Shown here piece by piece: positions 39,312-48,601 of a stretch of DNA of 64,000 nucleotides. The stretch comes from an uncultured Verrucomicrobiota bacterium (GTDB lineage: Bacteria; Verrucomicrobiota; Kiritimatiellia; CAIVKH01). The notes beneath the pieces are model-generated. The model ran no database searches. It saw nothing but the letters and a program-made list of their open reading frames with translations, and had not been told where the DNA came from. Both the position numbers and the translations under genes were made by a program. The stretch spans positions 225,613 through 289,612 of the forward strand of contig CALMUP010000008.1 of the NCBI GenBank assembly GCA_937872895.1. Direction: 5' to 3'. Numbering within the stretch: position 1 is the first letter of the stretch; each line of letters begins with the position of its first letter.

Positions 39312-39559
39312 TCCGCGGCGGCCTCCCTGCGACGTTCGGCAATCAAACCATCAACCACCTGGTGGGGTGGCTTGCCCTGGTACAGCGCATCGACCCATTC
39401 CTGAAGTTCACGGGCGCCCTGTTTGCGGGATGGAGAGGCCATGGCTTGTTGCAGGATCTGGCGTGCCTCGCGCTCCATGCTCTGTCCGTGTTTCGCCGCC
39501 CGGATGCGCAATTGCCGATGCACTGAATCAGGGATGTTTCGAAGGTTTAGTGTTGCCAT
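39308..39559 (-). CDS. vapB: Antitoxin, ribbon-helix-helix type (FitA/VapB-like)
   Basis: MATLNLRNIPDSVHRQLRIRAAKHGQSMEREARQILQQAM is an RHH antitoxin signature. Start moved to the internal ATG. Confidence 0.7.
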   Translation of the reverse strand: MATLNLRNIPDSVHRQLRIRAAKHGQSMEREARQILQQAMASPSRKQGARELQEWVDALYQGKPPHQVVDGLIAERRREAAAE

Positions 39560-39665
39560 GGAGAATGCTCCTGCAATGCCTACAATGTAGGCAATGGTAG
39601 CGTTGTTGTCAACGGTCATGATCCATGAGCGGCGTTGCTTTTCGAGCTAGGTGCGCGATGAACGT

Positions 39666-40511
39666 TCAGTCCGGGCGGTCGACTTTGAGGGAGATGTCGA
39701 GGGCTTGGACGGAGTGGGTGAGGGCGCCGACGGAGATGTGGGTGACGCCGGTTTCGGCGATGGCGCGCACGGTGCCGAGGGTGACGTTGCCGGAGGCTTC
39801 GACGGGGCAGCGTCCGGCGATCAGGGCGACGGCGTCGCGCATCCGGTCGAGCGGCATGTTGTCGAGCATGATGATGTCGGCGCCGGCGGCGAGGGCTTCG
39901 CGGACTTCCGCGAGGGTTTCCGTTTCCACCTCGATGCGCAGGCCGGGGCAGCGGGTGCGCAGGCGCTGGACGGCGGCGGTGATGCCGCCGGCGAGGCGCA
40001 GGTGGTTGTCCTTGATCATGGCGAGGTCGCTGAGGGTCATGCGGTGGTTGCGGGCGCCGCCGGTCCGCACCGCGTACTTGTCGAGGGCGCGCAGGCCGGG
40101 GGCGGTCTTGCGGGTGTCGAGGATGGTGACGGGCAGGCCGCGTACGGCGTCCACGTAGTGCGCGGCGGCGGTGGCGATGCCGGAGCAGCGCTGGAGGATA
40201 TTCAGGGCGACGCGTTCGCCGGTGAGCAGGGTGCGGATGCGGCCGGTGAGCCGGGCGATGACCTGGCCGGGGGTGACACGGTCGCCGTCAGCCGCGCGTG
40301 GTTCCACGCGGAAATCCGGATCGATGGTGGCGAAGACGGCGGTGAAGACGGGGAGTCCGGCGATGACGCCGGGGGCTTTCGCCAGGAGGGTGGCCGAGCC
40401 GCGATCTTCCGCGTCGAACAGGTGCTGGGTGGTCACGTCGCCGCCGGGTGTGTCCTCGGCGAGAGCAGTGCGGATCAGGTCGGAGTAATCGGACGGCTTC
40501 AGGGGCTCCAT
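39666..40511 (-). CDS. nadC: Nicotinate-nucleotide pyrophosphorylase (quinolinate phosphoribosyltransferase)
   Basis: From the internal ATG MEPLKPSDYSDLIRTALAEDTPGGDVTT...GADIIMLDNM, canonical NadC. The upstream part of the ORF-track frame is antisense GC noise. Confidence 0.9.
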   Translation of the reverse strand: MEPLKPSDYSDLIRTALAEDTPGGDVTTQHLFDAEDRGSATLLAKAPGVIAGLPVFTAVFATIDPDFRVEPRAADGDRVTPGQVIARLTGRIRTLLTGERVALNILQRCSGIATAAAHYVDAVRGLPVTILDTRKTAPGLRALDKYAVRTGGARNHRMTLSDLAMIKDNHLRLAGGITAAVQRLRTRCPGLRIEVETETLAEVREALAAGADIIMLDNMPLDRMRDAVALIAGRCPVEASGNVTLGTVRAIAETGVTHISVGALTHSVQALDISLKVDRPD

Positions 40512-42097
40512 GAGACGATCCTCGGTTCGGTGCCGCGTTTCAGGGTGATATGGCCCTCGAAGCGTGGATCCTCGTTCGGGAAGTCCTCGCGGATGTGGGC
40601 GCCGCGCGATTCCTCGCGGAGCAGGGCGCCGCGGGTGGTGAGTTCGCAGACGCGCAGCATCTTGCGGAACGATCGACCGCCCCAGCAGTTCATCAGGTCG
40701 CGGTGTTCCTCGCGCAGGCCGCGCAGTTCGGCGAGGGCGCTCTCCAGGCCCTGGCGGGTGCGGATGATGCCGACGCGGTCGGTCATCAGGGTCGAGACCT
40801 GTTCGCGGAGATGCTTCAGCAGCAGCGGATCGACCGGCTTCAGGTCGCGGCGCGGCAGGTCGTTCAGCAGGCGTTCGGGCGGGGGAACCTCCTCGGTAAT
40901 GGTCAGCGCGCCGTCGATCGCGCGTTTTCCGAACACCAGGCATTCGAGCAGGGAATTGCTGGCGAGGCGGTTTGCGCCGTGCACGCCGGTACAGGCGGAT
41001 TCACCGCAGGCGAACAGGCCCCAGATGCTGGTGCCGGCCATGCGGCCGGTCACCACGCCGCCGATCTGGTAGTGGGCCGCGGGGGCGACGGGGATCGGAT
41101 CGACGGCGATGTCCACGCCGTGGGGCAGGCAGGCCTGGTAGACGTTGGCAAAGCGGGTGCGCACGGCATCGTGGTCGAGGTGTTTCATCGACAGGTACAC
41201 ATGGTCCACGCCCTGCCGTTTCATCTCCTTGAAGATCGCGCTGGAGACGACATCGCGCGGGGCGAGATCGCCCTGCGGGTGGTAGTCCTGCACGAAGGCG
41301 CGGCCGGTGGCATCGATCAGGCGACCGCCTTCACCGCGCAGCGCCTCGCTGATCAGGAAGGTTTCGTCCGAGGCGGTGTAGAGGGCGGTGGGGTGGAACT
41401 GGACGAACTCCATGTCACAGACTTCCGCGCCGGCCTGGTAGGCGAGGGCGATGCCGTCGCCGGAGGAGGTGGGCGGGTTGGTGGTGCGGCGGAAGTTGCC
41501 GGCCGCGCCGCCGGTGGCGAGGATGGTCGCGCGGGCGGAGAAGCAGACGGGGTAGAGTTGTTCGCGTTCGAAGGCGAGCAGGCCGACGCAGCGGTTTTCC
41601 TGGATGACGAGTTCGGCGACGGTGGTGTGTTCGAAGATCTCGATCCGCTCGTGGTGCAGCACGCGGTCGAGCAGGAACTGGACCACGGCGCGGCCGGTGG
41701 CATTGCCCTGGGCATGCAGGATGCGCCGGTGGCTGTGGCCGCCTTCGAGGCCGAGGTGCAGGCCGCGGCTGCCTTCATCGAACTGCATGCCCATGGCGAT
41801 CAGGTCGCGGACGCGTTGCACGCCTTCGCCGACAAGGATTTCCACGGCGGCCTTGCGGCAGAGTCCGCGGCCGGCGGTGATGGTGTCGTCGAGGTGGAAG
41901 TAGGCGGAGTCATCCTGATCGATCGCGGCGGCGATGCCACCCTGGGCCCAGTAGGAACTGCTTTGCTGGAGCGAGGATTTCGAGAGCAGGGCGACGCGGC
42001 CGTGGCGGGCGGCGCAGAACGCGGCATAGAGACCGGCCAGGCCGGACCCGATGATCAGGAAGTCGAAGTGGCGGTGCGATGGGGTGGGTTGGCTCAT
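40499..42097 (-). CDS. nadB: L-aspartate oxidase
   Basis: MSQPTPSHRHFDFLIIGSGLAGLY FAD-binding Rossmann motif and NadB blocks. 13-bp overlap with nadC. Confidence 0.9.
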   Translation of the reverse strand: MSQPTPSHRHFDFLIIGSGLAGLYAAFCAARHGRVALLSKSSLQQSSSYWAQGGIAAAIDQDDSAYFHLDDTITAGRGLCRKAAVEILVGEGVQRVRDLIAMGMQFDEGSRGLHLGLEGGHSHRRILHAQGNATGRAVVQFLLDRVLHHERIEIFEHTTVAELVIQENRCVGLLAFEREQLYPVCFSARATILATGGAAGNFRRTTNPPTSSGDGIALAYQAGAEVCDMEFVQFHPTALYTASDETFLISEALRGEGGRLIDATGRAFVQDYHPQGDLAPRDVVSSAIFKEMKRQGVDHVYLSMKHLDHDAVRTRFANVYQACLPHGVDIAVDPIPVAPAAHYQIGGVVTGRMAGTSIWGLFACGESACTGVHGANRLASNSLLECLVFGKRAIDGALTITEEVPPPERLLNDLPRRDLKPVDPLLLKHLREQVSTLMTDRVGIIRTRQGLESALAELRGLREEHRDLMNCWGGRSFRKMLRVCELTTRGALLREESRGAHIREDFPNEDPRFEGHITLKRGTEPRIVSWSP

Positions 42098-42170
42098 ACC
42101 GGTGCGGCGTCGTTGTCCAGGCATTGGACATGCGTCGCGGCGCGGTTTCCAGAGGTTGGACAGATCACGG

Positions 42171-42686
42171 TCATGGACGCGCCCGCACGGCATCGACGAG
42201 GGCCTTGGCGAACACCGCGAGGTCGGCGGGGGTGCGGGAACTGATCAGGTTGCCGTCAACGACCAGCGGTTCGTTTAGCCAGGTCGCGCCGGCATTGACC
42301 ATGTCGTCACGGATGCCGATGGTGCTGGTGGCGCGGCGTCCCTTGAGGATGCCGGCGGAGATGAGGATCCATCCGGCGTGGCAGATGAAGGCGATGGGCT
42401 TGCCGGCGTCGTGGAATTCGCGGACAAGGCGGAGCACGTTCGCGTCGCGGCGGAGCTTGTCGGGCGCGAAACCGCCGGGGACGAGCAGGGCGTCGTATTC
42501 CTCGGACTCGACATCGGCGATGTCGATGGTGGCGGCACAGGGATACCCGTGTTTGCCCTTGTAGGTCTTGTTCGCCTCCGGGCCGGCGACGGGAACGGTC
42601 CAGCCTTCCTCTTCCAGGCGGATTTTAGGATACCACAGTTCGAGGTCTTCGTAGATGTCGTCAACCAGGGCGAGGATCTTTTTCAC
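42171..42686 (-). CDS. DJ-1/PfpI family protein (type 1 glutamine amidotransferase-like)
   Basis: MKKILALVDDIYEDLELWYP...AFICHAGWIL with the nucleophile Cys motif. Confidence 0.85.
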   Translation of the reverse strand: MKKILALVDDIYEDLELWYPKIRLEEEGWTVPVAGPEANKTYKGKHGYPCAATIDIADVESEEYDALLVPGGFAPDKLRRDANVLRLVREFHDAGKPIAFICHAGWILISAGILKGRRATSTIGIRDDMVNAGATWLNEPLVVDGNLISSRTPADLAVFAKALVDAVRARP

Positions 42687-42786
42687 GCGGCGTTCTCCAC
42701 AGTGCGGTTATCCTACGCCAACCGGCGGGGGTGCGCAAGCGGGGGTTCGGGTTGGCAGGCGGGGCGGGGCGGCGTATCGTAGCGCC

Positions 42787-43584
42787 ATGCCAGAGTTACC
42801 AGAAGTCGAGACGGCGCGCCGTGCGGTGGACGTGGCGGCGCGGGGAAAGAGGATCCGGTCGGTTTTTGTGGCCGACGACTGCATCGTGTTCGAGGGTGTT
42901 CCCGCGCAGGTGTTCGTGACGGCATTGGAGGGGCGGCGGATTACCGGATCGGACCGGTGGGGCAAGCACTACTGGCTCGAGCTCGACCGGCGGCCGTGGC
43001 TGGTCTTCCATTTCGGAATGACCGGTTGGACGCCTGTGTATGCCAGCAAGGAGGAGCGGCCGAAGTTCCTCAAGCTCGAGTTGGCGCTGGAGGATGGTAC
43101 ACGGATCGGCTACCGGGATCCGCGTCGCATCGGCCGGGTGCGGTTGCGGCATGACCCACGGGCGGAGCCGCCGATCGGCGAGCTCGGATTTGATCCGTTG
43201 CATGCGTTGCCGGCGGTGAAGGTGTTCCGGGAGGAATTCGCGCGACGCAAGGCGCCGATCAAGGCCGTCTTGCTGGATCAATCCTTCAGCGCGGGGGTAG
43301 GCAATTGGATCGCCGACGAGGTGCTGTACCAGGCGAAGGTCGATCCGCGGCGGAGGGCGGACCGCTTGACCGCGGAAGAGACCGGACGCATTCGCGCCAG
43401 GCTGAAGGCGATCATCGGGTTCGCGATCAAGGTCGGATCCGACGATGCCCGGTTTCCGCGCGGTTGGCTGTTTCACTACCGTTGGGGCAAGACCCGCGGG
43501 GCGGTGGATGGGCAGGGCCGGGCGATACGGTTCGGTGCGGTGGGTGGCCGGACGACGGCGTGGGTGCCGGACGTGCAGCGGTAA
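42787..43584 (+). CDS. mutM: Fpg/Nei family DNA glycosylase (MutM-like) apparently lacking the canonical C-terminal CxxC-CxxC zinc finger
   Basis: MPELPEVETARR N-terminal Pro-Glu catalytic dyad and an H2TH region. The C-terminus ends ...GRTTAWVPDVQR with no Cys cluster. Confidence 0.85.
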   Translation: MPELPEVETARRAVDVAARGKRIRSVFVADDCIVFEGVPAQVFVTALEGRRITGSDRWGKHYWLELDRRPWLVFHFGMTGWTPVYASKEERPKFLKLELALEDGTRIGYRDPRRIGRVRLRHDPRAEPPIGELGFDPLHALPAVKVFREEFARRKAPIKAVLLDQSFSAGVGNWIADEVLYQAKVDPRRRADRLTAEETGRIRARLKAIIGFAIKVGSDDARFPRGWLFHYRWGKTRGAVDGQGRAIRFGAVGGRTTAWVPDVQR

Positions 43585-43621
43585 AAGGCGGAGGAGCCGG
43601 TCGGCTCCTCCGCGGTACGGG

Positions 43622-44134
43622 TCATGCGGCTTTTACCGGGATGCGGCGCGTCGACGGACGGGCGTCGGGTCGCTTCGCGAGGTGCACGCGGAGCACACCG
43701 CGTTTGAATGTGGCCTCCACGCGATCGCGGTCGATGCCTTCGGGCAGGGGAATGGACCGGTAGAACGAACCGAAGGTCCGTTCGACGCGGTGAACATTCC
43801 CGTTTTTCGCCGTGCGCTCCTCCCGTCGTTCACCCTTCAGGGTCAAGGTGTGGTCGTCGAGCACAACCTCCACATCCTTCTCCTCGAGGCCGGGGAGATC
43901 GGCGGTCACGGTCACGGCATCGTCCGACTCGACGACGTCGATCGACGGGAGCCGGCTCCATGCGGCGCGGGCCGGATGGAGCAGGCTGCCAGACCAGGCT
44001 TCATCGAACGGACGGAACAGCTCGTGGACCAGGTCCGCCATGCTCCGGCTGAGGTGGTAGGTGGGATCGTCGTGCGGCTTCAACACCTCAACCTCATGTT
44101 TCTTCCTTTTCCATGGGATCAGGTTCTTGACCAT
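43622..44134 (-). CDS. Hsp20/alpha-crystallin family small heat shock protein (1 of 3 in tandem)
   Basis: Alpha-crystallin domain (VTADLPGLEEKDVEVVLDDHTLTLKGERRE...GVLRVHL). Confidence 0.85.
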   Translation of the reverse strand: MVKNLIPWKRKKHEVEVLKPHDDPTYHLSRSMADLVHELFRPFDEAWSGSLLHPARAAWSRLPSIDVVESDDAVTVTADLPGLEEKDVEVVLDDHTLTLKGERREERTAKNGNVHRVERTFGSFYRSIPLPEGIDRDRVEATFKRGVLRVHLAKRPDARPSTRRIPVKAA

Positions 44135-44155
44135 GACGGCTCTCCCGTTGACGGG

Positions 44156-44539
44156 TCAGGTTGCAGTGGATACGGCGATCTTCCGCGGCCGGGCCTTTTC
44201 CGATTTGGCCAGGGTCACGGTGAGGACGCCGTGCTTCATCACGGCCTTGATCGAATCGGCATCAAGGTCCGAGGTGAGTGAGAACACGCGGCGGTATTCC
44301 ACCGGTGCGAACTCGCGGTAGCGCAGTTCGTAGCCCGCCGGTTCGGTCGCTTCGACCTTGCCGCTGATCGTCAGCGTCTGCTGCTCGACGGTCAGGTCCA
44401 CGGACTTGTCGCTGACGCCGGGCATGTCGGCTACGATGACCACTTCGTGGTCGCGTTCGTAGAGGTTCACGGCCGGAAGCACGACCGGCAGGTCCGCCTG
44501 CGCGGGTTGCCGGTTGGTTTGGGTGGCGATGTCATTCAT
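44156..44539 (-). CDS. Hsp20/alpha-crystallin family small heat shock protein (2 of 3)
   Basis: VVIVADMPGVSDKSVDLTVEQQTLTISGK...GVLTVTLAK. Confidence 0.85.
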   Translation of the reverse strand: MNDIATQTNRQPAQADLPVVLPAVNLYERDHEVVIVADMPGVSDKSVDLTVEQQTLTISGKVEATEPAGYELRYREFAPVEYRRVFSLTSDLDADSIKAVMKHGVLTVTLAKSEKARPRKIAVSTAT

Positions 44540-44557
44540 GGTTGTTTCCTTTCGTGG

Positions 44558-45028
44558 TTAGTTCGCCTGGATGGCGATGCGTTTGCTCTTGGACGATTCG
44601 CGGCGCGGGAATTTCACCCGCAGCACGCCGTGTTCGTAACGGGCGTTCACCTGGTCCGGCTCCACCGCGTAGGGCAGTTGAACGGTGCGGCTGAACGAGC
44701 CAAAGGCCCGCTCCTGGCGGTGCGCCGTATCCTGCTCGGCGGTGTAGGGATCCTTGCGGGTGCCGGTGATGGTCACGATGTCGTCGGCGACGGTCAGTTC
44801 GAAGTCGTTCTGATCGACGCCCGGCATCTCCATCTCCAGGTAGGCCTCGTTCTCGTTGCTCCAGAAATTCATGGACGGATAATCCGTACCGCGCCCATGA
44901 ACATCCCGGAACACCCGGTTCACGTGCCGCTCGAGCTGACGCAGCTCGGCAAAGGGGTCAAACCCCCAATCCCATCGATTCCACATAGGTCTGATCATGA
45001 CGTTCTCTCCTTTCATTGGTTGTTCCAT
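44558..45028 (-). CDS. Hsp20/alpha-crystallin family small heat shock protein (3 of 3)
   Basis: YLEMEMPGVDQNDFELTVADDIVTITGTRK...GVLRVKFPRR. Confidence 0.8.
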   Translation of the reverse strand: MEQPMKGENVMIRPMWNRWDWGFDPFAELRQLERHVNRVFRDVHGRGTDYPSMNFWSNENEAYLEMEMPGVDQNDFELTVADDIVTITGTRKDPYTAEQDTAHRQERAFGSFSRTVQLPYAVEPDQVNARYEHGVLRVKFPRRESSKSKRIAIQAN

Positions 45029-45232
45029 GTTCCATCATAGGTAAAGCATTAGGCATGCCAATCGGGGGTATATTTCGTAAACATTTGCATATCAAAAACA
45101 AATGAATGTGTTGCGATGCCTTGAGTGTGGCATAATGGCTCAATGGTATCGCGGCGATGTGTCATGGAGGGTAATATTGGCACGGTTTCTCTGCCATTGA
45201 ACCATATGGCTCATCCTGCTAGCCTGTTCGCC

Positions 45233-46126
45233 ATGGAACGCATTCTGGTCATGGTGAATCCGAACGCGGGTTTTGGTTTGTCTTTATCGGGTTTGGCCGA
45301 GGCGGTGGAGGAGGCGTGGCGTGACCGTGATGCGGTGATTTCCTACCAGATCAGCCGGGATGTCGCGGACGGGCACCGCAAGGCGCGTCAGGCGGTGGTT
45401 GACGGGGTGGATGTGGTATTGGTGGCGGGTGGCGACGGGATGATCAACACGGTGGGGAGTGAGTTGATCGGTTCAAAGGTGGCCTTGGGGGTCTTGCCGG
45501 CGGGCAGTGGCAATGGGTTTGCGCGGCATTTCGGCATTCCGCTGAATCCCGAGAAAGCGGCGGCGGCTCTGGTTGGGGCGCGGCGGGCGAAGATTGATGT
45601 CGGATTTGCCAACCGGCGGTCCTTTTTCATCACCTGCAGTATGGCTGCGGACGCCACGCTGGTGCGGACCTTTGAGCGGATGCCCATGCGGGGAATTCTT
45701 CCCTACGTATTCGCGGCGGCGTATGAATTTTTTGATTACCGGCCTTCTCCATTCCGTATTGTCCTGGATGGCGGAGCTGTCGAGGTGGTCGAGGATCCCC
45801 TGGTATTCACCGTGGCCAACCTGACGCAGTATGGCGGGGGGGCGCGGATTGCCCCGACGGCGCACGAAAATGATGGCATTCTGGAATTGGTGGTGATTGC
45901 CAAGTCAGATGCCGCAGCAGCCATGGCTGGCATCGGGCGTCTATTTGACGGCACGATCAACCGGTTGCCGGGAGTGATGACCCGCCGGTTTAAGCGGCTC
46001 GAGGTACAACGGCAGGGGCCAGCCCCGATGCAGGTGGATGGTGAACTGGTTCAAACCGAAGCCTCCGTGGTTGTCGAGGTACATCCGGAAGCGTTGACCG
46101 TATTGATTCCGGAAGGGGTACGTTAA
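45233..46126 (+). CDS. Diacylglycerol kinase catalytic-domain family lipid kinase (YegS/DagK-like)
   Basis: MERILVMVNPNAGFG...VLVAGGDGMINTV...GVLPAGSGNGFAR are the DAGK_cat motifs. Confidence 0.8.
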   Translation: MERILVMVNPNAGFGLSLSGLAEAVEEAWRDRDAVISYQISRDVADGHRKARQAVVDGVDVVLVAGGDGMINTVGSELIGSKVALGVLPAGSGNGFARHFGIPLNPEKAAAALVGARRAKIDVGFANRRSFFITCSMAADATLVRTFERMPMRGILPYVFAAAYEFFDYRPSPFRIVLDGGAVEVVEDPLVFTVANLTQYGGGARIAPTAHENDGILELVVIAKSDAAAAMAGIGRLFDGTINRLPGVMTRRFKRLEVQRQGPAPMQVDGELVQTEASVVVEVHPEALTVLIPEGVR

Positions 46127-46195
46127 ACCTTTGCTTGGTTTTTCCCCGATCTTCTGCTAGTATCTTTTGCAGTCGGAAGGAAACATCTCCTCGTT

Positions 46196-46468
46196 ATGAA
46201 TAATCCCAGCACGAAGCCGGTCAAGGATTGCAAGGGCTGCGCCCTGAACCTTAAAACCCACTGCGCGATTTTCCATCACCCCGTCCTCAAGTGGAAAGGC
46301 CGCAATTGCGAAGGCTACAACAACGAGATGTACATCCGGCATTACGAGAACACCTTGAAGTTGGAAGGGGCTCGTGCCCGCAAGGAGGACCGGGTCAGCA
46401 AGGCCAAGGTCAGCCGTACCATTGGTCATGCTGACGGCGTCAAGCGGCGCGCTGGTCGCATGGCTTGA
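46196..46468 (+). CDS. Small hypothetical Cys-containing protein (possible zinc ribbon)
   Basis: 90-aa ORF with CKGC...C...C spacing and GGAAGG upstream. No family recognised. Confidence 0.35.
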   Translation: MNNPSTKPVKDCKGCALNLKTHCAIFHHPVLKWKGRNCEGYNNEMYIRHYENTLKLEGARARKEDRVSKAKVSRTIGHADGVKRRAGRMA

Positions 46469-46552
46469 TTGGATTCAACTGCCGTGTATGACGGTCTGCT
46501 TTTCCGATTCACCCCAAACCCGACTGAACCCGTAACCAACGTGCGTTGACGT

Positions 46553-47296
46553 ATGACGCTTTTCCTCGGTTATGACATGGAGCCCGGCCTGATCCCTCTC
46601 GTCGTGGGTGTCGTGAGTACACCGGAAGGTTTGGAGCGGGCAGCGGCAGCCGATTCATGGCCCTGCGACGTGGTGGAAATTCGCCTCGACCTGATCGGGG
46701 AGGAGTCCTGTGACTGGACCGTGGCTGCATTACGTATGACCAAGGCAGGCTTGGGTACATTGCTAACCGTGCGGCACGTTTCCGAGGGAGGTCGTTGGAC
46801 CGGTGATGAGCAATCCCGGCTGGACTGTTATCTTCAAGGCATCCCGCTGGTTACCGGCGTCGATGTGGAACTGGGCGCGGAAATCCTTGCCGACGTAGTC
46901 AGCTCGGCTCGCGACCGGGCGACCGTCATCGGTTCCCATCACAATTTCCGGGCCATGCCTGACGTTGCCTCCCTGTGTGCGACGGTTCGATCCGGGCGCA
47001 GCGCGGGGGTCGATGTGGTTAAGATCGCCGCCTTTGCATCGGACGAGATTGATCTGCGGCACATGACAGGCGCCCTGAAAAAATGTTCCGATAGTGCGGT
47101 GTGCATGTTGGCCATGGGGCCGCAGGGGCCGGCTTCACGCATCAGTTTGCCGCTGGCGGGTTCCTGCCTGACCTATGGCTACCTCGACAAGCCGAATGCG
47201 CCGGGCCAGCCCAGCGCGGGAACTATCCGTGATGCGTTGATGGCGCAGCACGACGAGTACCGAGTGTTTGCCGAGATCCGCGGTGAACCGCCTTGA
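46553..47296 (+). CDS. aroD: 3-dehydroquinate dehydratase, type I
   Basis: VEIRLDL, HHNF, VKIA and MGPQGPASRISLPLAGS blocks of type I DHQase. Confidence 0.8.
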   Translation: MTLFLGYDMEPGLIPLVVGVVSTPEGLERAAAADSWPCDVVEIRLDLIGEESCDWTVAALRMTKAGLGTLLTVRHVSEGGRWTGDEQSRLDCYLQGIPLVTGVDVELGAEILADVVSSARDRATVIGSHHNFRAMPDVASLCATVRSGRSAGVDVVKIAAFASDEIDLRHMTGALKKCSDSAVCMLAMGPQGPASRISLPLAGSCLTYGYLDKPNAPGQPSAGTIRDALMAQHDEYRVFAEIRGEPP

Positions 47297-47309
47297 ACGG
47301 GAAGTGGTG

Positions 47310-48182
47310 TTACGGCGATAGCATGCCGTGCCGGAAATTGACCTGGATGCTCACCGGGTATTCCCGCAGGCCGGTAAACAGGACCTGGTAGCTTTCCCCC
47401 GGCATTACGGAAATCGGGGAGGTCATGGAACCGAGCCACAGGACATCGCCGGCCTTGAGCTGCCCGCCGCGCGATTTCACCTCGTCGCGGATCCAGCGCA
47501 CCGATTCAATCGGATTACCCATGATGGACGCCGCTTCGCCGGAGGCGATCACCTGGCCTTGCTTGTCCATGATCGACGCGCGGACCATGGGAAGCCGGTT
47601 TAGCAGATCGGGATCGCTCCCATCGACGATCAACGGATCGCCTACCACGGCGTACCGCGCTCCGGCATTGATCGCGGTCAGCCACAACGGCTTGACCTCG
47701 GCGCCTTCGACGAAAAACAGGTCGGCTACCTCGATCATAGGGTGGATGCCTTCGAGTGCAGCCAACAATTGCTCCGGCGTGTCCGCATCGTTGATGGAGG
47801 GATCGCGGACCAGGACCATCAAGTCGGCTTCAAGCACCGGGCGCGTGGCGAATCCATCGTCGAGGAATGTCCGGTCCCGCAGCAGCATCGACTGCATGAC
47901 CACCCCGAGAACCGGGCGATCTGCGCGGAATCGCTGCTGCAGCGTTTCCGACGTCAACGCGGCTTTGTAGCCGGCACGCGGCCCCCAGGCATTGGTGAGA
48001 CCGGCGACGACGGCATCCTGGAACTGGTAGGCGGATGCGAGATCCTGCACCGGGATGGCGCGGGTGATCGGCCAGCGCAATAGCATGTGATCGGCCACCT
48101 CGGCGGGTTGCAGCGAGAACTCCATCTGGGCCGAAGCGGTTGCGGCCAGGCCCATCACCAGGGCGACGAAGGCAGGTCGCAC
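47310..48182 (-). CDS. Secreted hydratase/decarboxylase-family protein (2-keto-4-pentenoate hydratase MhpD/HpaH-like fold)
   Basis: Signal peptide, then a fumarylacetoacetate-hydrolase-like C-terminal block (AGDVLWLGSMTSPISVMPGESYQVLFTGL). The family call is tentative. Confidence 0.55.
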   Translation of the reverse strand: MRPAFVALVMGLAATASAQMEFSLQPAEVADHMLLRWPITRAIPVQDLASAYQFQDAVVAGLTNAWGPRAGYKAALTSETLQQRFRADRPVLGVVMQSMLLRDRTFLDDGFATRPVLEADLMVLVRDPSINDADTPEQLLAALEGIHPMIEVADLFFVEGAEVKPLWLTAINAGARYAVVGDPLIVDGSDPDLLNRLPMVRASIMDKQGQVIASGEAASIMGNPIESVRWIRDEVKSRGGQLKAGDVLWLGSMTSPISVMPGESYQVLFTGLREYPVSIQVNFRHGMLSP

Positions 48183-48185
48183 GGC

Positions 48186-48578
48186 TCAACCCTGTCCAAT
48201 CTGCTTGTTGTCGGACTCGTCCTTGACGCTGTAGCCGGACTCCTGCCGCTGGTGGTTCACCTTGTTCTTCTGCGTGTAGAGGCGATGGACATCGTCGGCG
48301 CTCATGCCGAGGATCTGCGCGAGGGAGATCAGGAAGTGGAAAAGATCGATCACTTCCACGCGGGCATTCTGTTTGTCGAAGGTCTGGTATTTCGCCCACC
48401 ACTTCCACGGCACGCTGTCGGTCAGCTCGGCCAGTTCCTGCGACATGGCGCGGCAGTAGTTGAGGATCCACTGTGCTTGTTCCTTTTCATCCATCGCGCT
48501 GAAATCGGCCACGCCGATGCGCTTGTTGAGCTCTTCCTGCATCTGGAACATTTCAGCGAGTTTATCCTGGGTGGTCAT
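48186..48578 (-). CDS. All-alpha NTP pyrophosphohydrolase (dimeric dUTPase/MazG-like) family protein
   Basis: 130-aa acidic helical protein with an EELNKR...QWILNYCRAMSQELAELTDSVPWKWW pattern resembling the dimeric dUTPase family. Confidence 0.5.
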   Translation of the reverse strand: MTTQDKLAEMFQMQEELNKRIGVADFSAMDEKEQAQWILNYCRAMSQELAELTDSVPWKWWAKYQTFDKQNARVEVIDLFHFLISLAQILGMSADDVHRLYTQKNKVNHQRQESGYSVKDESDNKQIGQG

Positions 48579-48601
48579 GGTCTGGATCTCCGTTTTGAAT
48601 A

